Shown here: in pieces, positions 10,489 through 17,583 of the stretch | How the letters are laid out: each line of letters begins with the position of its first letter | Position numbering within the stretch: position 1 is the stretch's first letter | Origin: a virus | Taxonomy: Duplodnaviria > Caudoviricetes | Strand: one strand, 5' to 3' | DNA length: 38,538 nucleotides | Virus record (IMG/VR): IMGVR_UViG_3300020149_000046 | Span: 1-38,538 of that record | Position numbers and translations under genes: made by a program | Notes under the pieces: model-generated | Told to the model about the DNA's origin: nothing | Database searches by the model: none | Seen by the model: only the letters and a program-made list of their open reading frames with translations

Positions 10489-10808
10489 CAGTTTCCCCGC
10501 GCAGCCGGCTGCAGACCATCGAGATAGGCCCGGACCAGCGCCGCGCGACACCAGGGCATGTTGGCAATGCGTGCGCGCAGCTCGGTGCTGTCGGGCACGG
10601 GATTGCCATCTTTATCGACCACGTCGTCAACCTTGAGCCAGGCGCGCTCGAGAAAGGCGGTGCAACCATCGGGGGTGGACAGATTAAAGCCGCTGAATTC
10701 GTCGATCATCAGCGCCTCGAACGAGGCTTGAAAACTCTGATCGATGCCCCCGGGCGCAATGACCGGGACCGGGACCTGGAAGACTGGAACTTCATCGACA
10801 TTGAACAT
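10488..10808 (-). CDS. Tail assembly chaperone
   Basis: Between tail tube and TMP; ends ...ARGN with slippery G GGA AAC. Confidence 0.8.
   Translation of the reverse strand: MFNVDEVPVFQVPVPVIAPGGIDQSFQASFEALMIDEFSGFNLSTPDGCTAFLERAWLKVDDVVDKDGNPVPDSTELRARIANMPWCRAALVRAYLDGLQPAARGN
10491..10497 (-). promoter_or_regulatory. Programmed -1 frameshift slippery site GGGAAAC
   Basis: GCG CGG GGA AAC TGA; -1 frame reads GGG AAA CTG ATG into the DUF1799-like ORF. Confidence 0.8.
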
Positions 10809-10829
10809 GACGCTTCTCCGGAAAAGGGG

Positions 10830-11768
10830 TCAGGTGAGCACCAGCGCCCACTGGTCGTTGCCATTGACGGGCTGAGGCACGTGGCGCAGCGGCCATTCGG
10901 TGATGTTCTGCTGGTTGGCGAGACCGCCCGGGCGCTGCGGCTGGGTGGCCGGGTGGGTCAAGGTAATGGTGCGGCCGGCGGTGTCCTCGTGCTGGATTTC
11001 GATCTCCAAGAACTCGTCCTCATCGAGCGCTGCGGCATAGGGGTCATAGGTGGCGAGCGGCACCGCCTCGACCTGGAAGCTGACCAGTTCGCGCGGCCGA
11101 TCGACGATCAGCACATTCTCCGCGCCGACGAGGAAACGGGTCTGCACGTCATTGCCCAGATCGGCCGCATAATTGCGCATCACCAGGGGGATGGCATCGA
11201 CCGTAAAGACTGGCGTATTGGCCGACGAGACGATTTTCGGCCGCAGAAACGCGGTAAGATCGGGCGTCGGCCGCGCCACGTCGCTGGGCTGGGCGAAAAG
11301 GCCGGTAAACGTGAATTCGAGGACGGCTATACCCTGCGCATTGAGCCGAATGACTGCCGTGCCGCGCGTGCCGCGCAGCACGTAACGGGTCGGGCCGACC
11401 CAGAAATGGATGGTGCCGCTCTCATGGCTGTCGGTCACCGGTCGATAGGTGACCGAGGTGTCGGTCACGACCGTCTGGCTGGCCGCGCACATGCGCAGCA
11501 GCACGCCCCAGGCTGGCGCGACACCGGCCGTTCCCGAGCCGACCAGCTCGACGCGAAAGGTGAGCCGCGAGAACAGGCCGGCCGGAATGGTGGCCTGGGC
11601 GGCCAGCCAGGGCAGCTCGAGTTCGCGGCTGACGTCCTGGCCCTCCATGGGGGAAAGACTGACATTGGTGGCCAGGATCGCATTGTCCGCGCCGGTCGGC
11701 GCCGCGTCGGTGCCGTAGCTGGCTTCGATCTTGGCGAGCAGGATTTTCGATTTCCAGAATATGGTCAT
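10830..11768 (-). CDS. Tail tube (major tail) protein
   Basis: 312 aa; 'KILLAKIEASYGTDAAPT' N-terminus; position before chaperones; AGGAGG upstream. Confidence 0.82.
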   Translation of the reverse strand: MTIFWKSKILLAKIEASYGTDAAPTGADNAILATNVSLSPMEGQDVSRELELPWLAAQATIPAGLFSRLTFRVELVGSGTAGVAPAWGVLLRMCAASQTVVTDTSVTYRPVTDSHESGTIHFWVGPTRYVLRGTRGTAVIRLNAQGIAVLEFTFTGLFAQPSDVARPTPDLTAFLRPKIVSSANTPVFTVDAIPLVMRNYAADLGNDVQTRFLVGAENVLIVDRPRELVSFQVEAVPLATYDPYAAALDEDEFLEIEIQHEDTAGRTITLTHPATQPQRPGGLANQQNITEWPLRHVPQPVNGNDQWALVLT

Positions 11769-11942
11769 TTATCGAGCCTCCTTCGCAGCCGTCTCGACGC
11801 TCTCTCGAACCAGCTTCCCGGTGCCATCGAGCCGATAGGCGCCACCCTGGGCCGGTGCCGGCGGCATCGCCGCCAGCCTGGCATTCCGCCGCGCCGACCG
11901 GGCGGCACGAATTTCTGCGGCCGACGGTTGTTTCTGGGCCAT
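11769..11942 (-). CDS. Small hypothetical protein (57 aa), not in ORF track
   Basis: MAQKQPSAAEIRAAR...QGGAYRLDGTGKLVRESVETAAKEAR; exactly fills the gap, coupled to both neighbours. Confidence 0.7.
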   Translation of the reverse strand: MAQKQPSAAEIRAARSARRNARLAAMPPAPAQGGAYRLDGTGKLVRESVETAAKEAR

Positions 11943-12397
11943 CAGACAATCCTCAATTGAAGCTGGAGCGCAAAATCGATCTGGTAGGTGACGAGGCCGG
12001 CCTTGAGCGCGAGGAGCTGGCCACCGACGAGGCGGAAGACGCCGGGAACGCCGTTTTCGTCCGGATCGGCACCGGCGACTGCCTCCACCAGCGACCAGAC
12101 GAGGACATTGAGCCGCGGTGCAGCCTTCCGGCCGGTACGGTCGCCGCCGCTGCGCAATGCGATGACCACGGCGAAATGCTCGTCCACCGCTTGTGTGAAC
12201 GCGCCGGCGCCGGCGTCGCCCTGGCTGCGCGGTCGCAAACCCGAGGGCAGCACCCAGGCCGATACCGGCCGGTTGGGCACCTGGCCGGTATTGAGCAGGG
12301 CCGCCAGGTCCAGTGCTTCTTCGGTGCGGCCCTGGCAGGCTTCGACCGTCTCGACCCGCGCCTTGAGCACGGACAACATATCGGTGGGATCAGCCAT
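11942..12397 (-). CDS. Tail terminator/completion protein (gp37-like)
   Basis: Start MADPTDML; position between gpG and tail tube; 'YQIDFAL' C-terminus. Confidence 0.65.
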   Translation of the reverse strand: MADPTDMLSVLKARVETVEACQGRTEEALDLAALLNTGQVPNRPVSAWVLPSGLRPRSQGDAGAGAFTQAVDEHFAVVIALRSGGDRTGRKAAPRLNVLVWSLVEAVAGADPDENGVPGVFRLVGGQLLALKAGLVTYQIDFALQLQLRIV

Positions 12398-12905
12398 CGA
12401 CGCTCTCCGCATCGGCCCCGCCCAGCGGAGCCACAAGGAAATCGCCGGTCAGGGCGACGATATCGCTTTCATCATCCTCATCGAGGCCGAGAAAGGCGCG
12501 GCGCGGCAGGGTGACCGACTGACGGGTGACCCAGGCCCCCTCGATCTCGAAGCGCAGGCCTTTGGCCGTCTTGGCGACAATGGTGGCGCCGGTCTGGTGC
12601 GGGCCGGCATAGATGACATTGGTGCCCACCGCCACGCCCTCGTCGCTGGCCTCATGCGTGATCGAGCCCATAAGATTGGAGGTATCGACGAGGGTCTTGC
12701 CGCCGGTCAGCCTGGCGCGCAGCGATTTGGGCCAGGAATTGCCCTCCGGGTCGATGCCCGCCTCGAAGCGTTTTTGGGTCGAAACGGTCAGCATGCGGCC
12801 GATCTCATCAAAGAGCGGCCCAGGCCGGTCCATGCGGGCCAGGGCTTCGCCCAGCGCGGCCAGGGCTTCGTCCTTGCCCGAGATTTCCATGCGCAGGCCG
12901 GCCAT
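12390..12905 (-). CDS. Virion morphogenesis protein (Mu gpG-like)
   Basis: 'RFEAGIDPEGNSW', 'LVDTSNLMGSI', 'VGTNVIYAGPHQTG', 'LPRRAFLGL'. Confidence 0.9.
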   Translation of the reverse strand: MAGLRMEISGKDEALAALGEALARMDRPGPLFDEIGRMLTVSTQKRFEAGIDPEGNSWPKSLRARLTGGKTLVDTSNLMGSITHEASDEGVAVGTNVIYAGPHQTGATIVAKTAKGLRFEIEGAWVTRQSVTLPRRAFLGLDEDDESDIVALTGDFLVAPLGGADAESVDG

Positions 12906-13345
12906 CAGATATAGCCCTTCATCGTCTGGTTGGTCATCGGCCGGTCCGGCGCGGTCATCTGCACGCCGCCGGCCAGGCCCGAGCCGGTGCTTTCGGCGCC
13001 ATCGAGGCCCGGCAGGCGGATGGCGCCCTGGGCAATCAGCAGCAGCGTCTTGAGCGCATCCTTGTAATCGTCGCGGATCTTCTCCGGCACGATGGCGGCA
13101 TGGGCCTTGTAGATGGCCATGCGCTGCGCCAGGTCGATCAGCAGCGGCGGCGGCGCATCGATGGGCAGGCGATAGCGGCCCAGCAGATAGCCGTCGATTT
13201 CGGCACAGGCGTCGGCAATCGCGCGATCGAACAGGCCGCTATCGACGGCCGGCGTCTCCGGCGCCGCATCGGCCCGGTCCGACAGTTCGACGAGGAACCG
13301 TTCGGAATAGCGGTCGATCAGTTGGGCAATGGTGCAATAGGGCAT
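12905..13345 (-). CDS. Mu gp36-like (DUF1320) head-tail adaptor
   Basis: 'MPYCT..LIDRY', 'AIADACAEIDGYL.GRY.LP', 'YKDALKTL..IAQG'. Confidence 0.92.
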   Translation of the reverse strand: MPYCTIAQLIDRYSERFLVELSDRADAAPETPAVDSGLFDRAIADACAEIDGYLLGRYRLPIDAPPPLLIDLAQRMAIYKAHAAIVPEKIRDDYKDALKTLLLIAQGAIRLPGLDGAESTGSGLAGGVQMTAPDRPMTNQTMKGYI

Positions 13346-13351
13346 TGCCAG

Positions 13352-13513
13352 TCAGCCCTCTTTCGCGGCGACGGTGTCCCGCGCGAAGACCCAGCAATCG
13401 CGCCCATCCAGGCGCACGATCTGGGTGTCGTCCGGCTGGACGGCGACGGCATCGATGCGGTCGTGGGCATTGGAGAGGCGATGGTCCACCAGGTCGCCAA
13501 TCTTGCGCTGCAT
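13352..13513 (-). CDS. Small hypothetical protein (53 aa)
   Basis: MQRKIGDLVDHRLSNAHDRIDAV...AAKEG; GAAGGGAG SD upstream. Confidence 0.6.
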   Translation of the reverse strand: MQRKIGDLVDHRLSNAHDRIDAVAVQPDDTQIVRLDGRDCWVFARDTVAAKEG

Positions 13514-13532
13514 CTGCTGTCTCCCTTCCGGT

Positions 13533-13578
13533 TGGTCCTCGACCCCAGCATGGAGCGTCAGCCATGCCGGAGCCGAGG
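13533..13578 (-). ncRNA. 17-bp hairpin ending A-CCA (minihelix-like unit)
   Basis: CCTCGGCTCCGGCATGG-CTGACGCT-CCATGCTGGGGTCGAGG-A-CCA; 3 G.U pairs that work only on the minus strand; preceded by GAATA. Confidence 0.55.
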
Positions 13579-13620
13579 TATTCGCCGTGGCGCCGGAGTG
13601 GGCAGACCATGGCAAACTGG

Positions 13621-13717
13621 TGGCGGATGGCGGGCTTTGCCCCGTGTCTCAGGTCTCCAATGTCCCTTGCGGGAGAGGTTGACCGCCGTGGGCCTTGCGA
13701 GCCGTACCGGACCATCC
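13621..13717 (-). ncRNA. 97-nt multibranched structured RNA ending G-CCA
   Basis: Closing stem GGATGG/CCATCC then GCCA; arms capped by GCAA loops (e.g. TCCC-GCAA-GGGA); GGTC/GACC and CGGG/CCCG stems. Confidence 0.55.
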
Positions 13718-13726
13718 TGGTTATTC

Positions 13727-13791
13727 TGGAAGAGCCGCCCTGCCGCTGCAGCCCGCTCCTTCAATGACGCGCAGATCGGCAGGCGCGCTCT
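13727..13791 (-). ncRNA. Irregular hairpin unit ending T-CCA
   Basis: AGAGC..CTGCCG..CTGC / GCAG..CGGCAG..GCTCT then TCCA; flanked by GAATA spacers. Confidence 0.45.
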
Positions 13792-13799
13792 GGGTATTC

Positions 13800-13877
13800 T
13801 GGTTGCGGGGGCAGGATTCGCACCCGGCGATCTCCGAGGGTATGAACCTGGTGGGATGGCCACTTCCCCACCCCGCG
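13800..13877 (-). tRNA. Degenerate tRNA-fMet-like gene (anticodon CAT), possibly pseudo
   Basis: CGCGGGG...CCCCGCA-ACCA acceptor with C1:A72 mismatch, D stem GGGA/TCCC, loop TTCATAC; altered T arm and bulged anticodon stem. Confidence 0.8.
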
Positions 13878-13883
13878 AAACTG

Positions 13884-14390
13884 TCAGTCGTTAAGCACCA
13901 CCGTCAGGGCCGGGTCGGCCTTGAGGCGGTCGAAGGTCCCTTTGCTGACACGCAACACCTGCCACGCCTCGACGAAGTGCCCGCCGCAACGGTAGCGGCC
14001 GGCCTTGGGGCCGCGCACGCTGACCTCGCGCAGCGCCTCGGCGGGCACATCCGCATCAACCGGCAGCACGACAGCTTGCGTATCCGGCCGGTCGGCGGGC
14101 GGGGTTTCCTGCGTCCCGACCGGCGTGGCCAGGTCAGGCAGGTCGGGCAGCGCAATAACGGCGGCGACCGCCGCTTCGACCAGCCCGATCGTCTCGGCCT
14201 GTTTGGCCTGGGCATTGTGTTTGTCAGCGTCGCTGGCATCCGCCGCCAGCGCCGCGATCGCCGCCTGCGCTTCGGCCGCCGCCACGGTGACCTGGCGCAA
14301 TGTGTCGCGTGCAGCCATCCACTCGGCCAGGATGCCGGCGGGCGGCGAAATCTTGGGGGCAGCAGCCTTTGCGGTGGGACGTTTGGCCAT
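13884..14390 (-). CDS. Mu gp35/HI1506-like protein
   Basis: Start MAKRPTAK with AGGAGG SD; C-terminal 'GRYRCGGHF...RLKADPALTV'; follows major capsid. Confidence 0.7.
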   Translation of the reverse strand: MAKRPTAKAAAPKISPPAGILAEWMAARDTLRQVTVAAAEAQAAIAALAADASDADKHNAQAKQAETIGLVEAAVAAVIALPDLPDLATPVGTQETPPADRPDTQAVVLPVDADVPAEALREVSVRGPKAGRYRCGGHFVEAWQVLRVSKGTFDRLKADPALTVVLND

Positions 14391-14517
14391 CAGGGCCTCC
14401 TTTCGGGTCTTGCGGCAGCCGTCGCCATGGACGGCTCTCGGAAGACCCGCCGCCCGGTTGAGACGGACGACGGGAACGGCCGGGGGGATGCGGACGAGGT
14501 GCCCCGGCCGAAGGTGT

Positions 14518-15417
14518 CTAGGAGGCGAGCCAGGGCACGACGACCAGCTTGGCCGTGCCGCGCCACGGATTGGTCTCGCCGCCGGCGGTGTTTTCCGAAT
14601 TGAGCAGCTTGCGCCCGGCTTCTTCATTGGCAGGGCCGACAATGAGCGTGTCGGGCATGACGCCAATCGGCCGGCCATAATCGCCCTTCATGCTGGTGAG
14701 GGCCTGCCGCGCCGCCTTGTAGCGGGAGGCTTCCAGCGTCTGCTTGGAGCCCCAGCACCACTGCCAGAAGCCATAGCCGACGGTCCAGCGGCCATCGGCG
14801 CCATAGACGAATTCGCCATTCATAAAGACCCGATCGTCGCGCGGATCGTCCTTGGCGACGAACTGGGCCTCCTTGCGCATTTGCAGGATGATCGGGTTGA
14901 TCGGCTGTTTGGAGTCGATCAAGAACCAGGGCTCCCCGGAACCGGCATCGGTATTGGCTACCGAGACCACTTCGCCCGCTTCGTTCAAGACCGGATGGTC
15001 AGTGTCGAAAAAGCTCTGCTTGTCGTAGCAGTCGGTCGAAAAGCCGTTCCGGAGCGCAGCGAAGACCAGCATATCCTTGGCTGCGCCGACCGCCCGGCCC
15101 ATGGCCGTGAAGCGCGGGGCGAAAATGCCTTCCATATCGTCTTCGATATTCTTGCGCGGGACCGCGATCGTGTCTTCCCAGTCCTCGTTTTCCAGGAAGT
15201 AGTTGTAGGCCTTGAGCGCATTGATCTGGCGCGGGCCGACCCACTTCTTCATGCCGGGGATGTCACCCAGCCAGGCATATTGGTTGGCGGCCCCGACCGA
15301 CGGCACCTGCGTGGCCACCAGCGGCCACTGGCTCGGCGCCTGGGCCAGGCCGTCGGCAAAAGCGGTGGAGAAGCCGGTATTGACGGCGGCCAGCACGGCC
15401 GAATTGATGACTTTCAT
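14518..15417 (-). CDS. Major capsid protein (Mu gpT family)
   Basis: 'YAWLGDIPGMKKWVGPR', 'CYDKQSFFDTDHPV', 'GYGFWQ'. Confidence 0.96.
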   Translation of the reverse strand: MKVINSAVLAAVNTGFSTAFADGLAQAPSQWPLVATQVPSVGAANQYAWLGDIPGMKKWVGPRQINALKAYNYFLENEDWEDTIAVPRKNIEDDMEGIFAPRFTAMGRAVGAAKDMLVFAALRNGFSTDCYDKQSFFDTDHPVLNEAGEVVSVANTDAGSGEPWFLIDSKQPINPIILQMRKEAQFVAKDDPRDDRVFMNGEFVYGADGRWTVGYGFWQWCWGSKQTLEASRYKAARQALTSMKGDYGRPIGVMPDTLIVGPANEEAGRKLLNSENTAGGETNPWRGTAKLVVVPWLAS

Positions 15418-15464
15418 GACGGAGTTCCTTGCTGGAGAGCGATCGAGGGACGGCGAAGCTGCGG

Positions 15465-15917
15465 CTAAATCGCCGGGTTAGCGACGCCGGCGAGATAGGC
15501 CTGCACGGCCGCCTCGTCGAAGACGCACCACACGCCCTGGTCATCGACATCTTCGACGAAGCCACCGATCGAGCGGGTATTGGTGCCGCTGGTTTTCGCC
15601 ACCGTCTCGTCATCGACGACGTAAAAGATCTTGCCGATATCGGCGATCGTGATGGCGTCGGTAGAGGTCGAATTTTTGAAGCGAAACCGGCCGGCGCGCC
15701 ACTCGATCACCTCGTCGCCGGCATTGGCGCCGCCGGTCCTGGCCTCCATGGCGACGCCAGCGCCAACCAGGTCGGTCGCCGTAGCGCCCTTGGTCAGGTA
15801 GCCCGCGGCGTTGCGCATCAGGATGGCGCCACCGAAGACGACGACGCTGGCCGCCAGGCCATCGACGCGGTTATCGCCTTCCCGGCGCGGGGTGTTGCGG
15901 TCGGCAGTCAGTGCCAT
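15465..15917 (-). CDS. Head decoration/cement-like protein
   Basis: 'MALTADRNT', 'ADIGKIFYVVDDETVAKT'; between protease and capsid genes. Confidence 0.65.
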   Translation of the reverse strand: MALTADRNTPRREGDNRVDGLAASVVVFGGAILMRNAAGYLTKGATATDLVGAGVAMEARTGGANAGDEVIEWRAGRFRFKNSTSTDAITIADIGKIFYVVDDETVAKTSGTNTRSIGGFVEDVDDQGVWCVFDEAAVQAYLAGVANPAI

Positions 15918-15973
15918 TTTCAAACTTCCTCGTATCCGGCGGCGGTGGCCGCGCCTGTTTTGGGGATCGGCGG

Positions 15974-16576
15974 CTACAGCGCGGCTTCGCGCTGCTCTTG
16001 GGCGTCGAGCTGGGCGATATAGGCGTCGCGGTTGAGCTGCATGGCGGAGACCACGGCCTCCTGTTCGAGGGTCAGCACACGCTTGCCATCGCCGCTCTTG
16101 CCCGGAGGCGTCGGCAGCGCAGCGCTGCGGCCCAGCGCCGGCAGATCGTTGATGATGGCCTCGGCGCCGGCCGGGTCGGCCATGTGCATGGCGATGAAGC
16201 GCTCGCGCTGCGCGGAGACGCCGACGCGCTTGGCGGCGATGGCCGCATCGACGAAGCTGGTGGCGGCCTTGCGGCGCCCTTCGTCGCGCAGCGCATTGAG
16301 TTCGGTGCCCAGCGTCTTCAGCTCGCCCTGGAGCGACACGATGGTCGCTGCGTCGGCATCGCTGGCAACCAGCTGCTTGATGGCCGCCACCACCTCCTCG
16401 ACTTTGGCCCCCTTGGCCAGGCCGGCCGCTTCGGCCAGCGGATCGACCTGTGCCTGCAAGGCGATCCTGTGATCGGCCTGCTGGCTGTGCAGGGTGGTGA
16501 TGGCGGTGACCAGCGCGTCTTCGCTGGTGTCGGTGGGCAGCTTCAGCGCTGCAATCAGCTTGGCAAGCAGGTCCAT
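15974..16576 (-). CDS. Nested scaffolding protein (Mu gpZ-like), internal in-frame start
   Basis: CAGGAG-caaaccgac-ATG right after the protease domain; helical Ala/Leu-rich product. Confidence 0.65.
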   Translation of the reverse strand: MDLLAKLIAALKLPTDTSEDALVTAITTLHSQQADHRIALQAQVDPLAEAAGLAKGAKVEEVVAAIKQLVASDADAATIVSLQGELKTLGTELNALRDEGRRKAATSFVDAAIAAKRVGVSAQRERFIAMHMADPAGAEAIINDLPALGRSAALPTPPGKSGDGKRVLTLEQEAVVSAMQLNRDAYIAQLDAQEQREAAL

Positions 16577-17083
16577 GTCGGTTTGCTCCTGGTGCAGGGT
16601 CACCAGACCCTTGAGATTGGGTTTATTCACGAGGCTGGCGCGCAGCACCGCATCGATATTGCCGGCCTTGTCGTGCAGAATGACGGGGCTGATGCCGCGA
16701 TAGGCGCGGCCGCCGACCAGGCGCCGGCCGCGCGGCGTCCATTCGGCCTTACCCCAGATGCCGTCGGCGCGATTTTCCAGCGCCACGATCCAGCCCATGG
16801 CCGGCGCGGGCAGGCCCTTGGGCGCCGCCAGGTCGGTCGAGTGGTTTTCGTCGATCACCAGGCGCTCGCCGGCCTGCAAGAATTTTTCCAGCAGCGCCTG
16901 CACATTGCGGATGCGATAAGGCCCACGGCCGTCGCCGCTGCGGATTTCGCCGGCGGGCAGCAGGTGAATATATTCAGGAGGTTCGGCGCCGCTCAGCCCG
17001 ATCGCCGCGCATAGCGCAACCGTACCGGCCGGGGCGGCCTCGGCCATGAGGGAGACGGTGAGGTGATTGACGCTGCTGTTCAT
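15974..17083 (-). CDS. Mu gpI-like head maturation protease with C-terminal scaffold
   Basis: 'IHLLPAG...DGRGPY', 'VIDENH', 'APAMGWI', 'WGKAEWT', 'YRGISPV', 'LVNKPNL'. Confidence 0.93.
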   Translation of the reverse strand: MNSSVNHLTVSLMAEAAPAGTVALCAAIGLSGAEPPEYIHLLPAGEIRSGDGRGPYRIRNVQALLEKFLQAGERLVIDENHSTDLAAPKGLPAPAMGWIVALENRADGIWGKAEWTPRGRRLVGGRAYRGISPVILHDKAGNIDAVLRASLVNKPNLKGLVTLHQEQTDMDLLAKLIAALKLPTDTSEDALVTAITTLHSQQADHRIALQAQVDPLAEAAGLAKGAKVEEVVAAIKQLVASDADAATIVSLQGELKTLGTELNALRDEGRRKAATSFVDAAIAAKRVGVSAQRERFIAMHMADPAGAEAIINDLPALGRSAALPTPPGKSGDGKRVLTLEQEAVVSAMQLNRDAYIAQLDAQEQREAAL

Positions 17084-17085
17084 GG

Positions 17086-17136
17086 CCGGCACATTGCCGT
17101 GGCGCCTCGGTGCTTCGCGCCCCGGAAGCGTTTCCG
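17086..17136 (-). promoter_or_regulatory. Putative activator-dependent late promoter (head operon)
   Basis: Minus strand CGGAAACGCTTCCGGGGCGCGAA-N14-CGGCAATGTGCCGG; near-identical copy at 25377-25427. Confidence 0.7.
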
Positions 17137-17142
17137 GTCAGT

Positions 17143-17583
17143 TCAACACCAGTTCCGGCGCTTGCCCTCCCAGGGCCGCGCCAGTTCTTCGGCGATCAGC
17201 ACCTCGCCCAAGTCAACACCGCCAACCCGCACATAGGCCAGCGTCCGTCCATTTCGATCAAAACCCGTCCGCCCCAGATAGAGCCGCCCGCCGCTCAGCA
17301 GTTCGGCCAGGCGCTGGGCAGCCACATGGCCCAGGCGCAATTCGGCGTCGCATTTGGCCGACTGGATTTCCGGCGTGTCGATATTGACGATGCGCACCTT
17401 CTCGCCACGCACCCAGAATGTGTCGCCATCGACCACGCAGGTGACCCGCTTGCCGCTGCCGCACTGCTCATAATCGAATGCAGCGGCGGCAATAGCCAGC
17501 ACAGCCCAGATGGCCATCGAGGCGAGGACAATGCGCGGCACGACAATCAAGGGGCGACGGGCGATCTTTCGAAGCTCCTTCAA
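17143..17583 (-). CDS. Thermonuclease (SNase-like) with N-terminal signal/TM segment; start uncertain
   Basis: 'VVDGDTF', 'VRIVNIDTPE', 'DRNGRTLAYV', 'LIAEELARPW'. Confidence 0.9.
   Translation of the reverse strand: MKELRKIARRPLIVVPRIVLASMAIWAVLAIAAAAFDYEQCGSGKRVTCVVDGDTFWVRGEKVRIVNIDTPEIQSAKCDAELRLGHVAAQRLAELLSGGRLYLGRTGFDRNGRTLAYVRVGGVDLGEVLIAEELARPWEGKRRNWC

Noticed and set aside
13561-13613. Superficial resemblance to an HDV-like/theta ribozyme downstream of a tRNA (CATGGTC..GGCGCC..GGCGAAT)
   Set aside because: I could not build the nested double pseudoknot; the bases are better explained by two simple hairpins. A descriptor search would settle it
13533-13877. CRISPR array or attachment-site interpretation of the repeated units
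   Set aside because: Shared sequence is only 5-13 nt, there are no cas genes or integrase, and the locus is internal to the head operon
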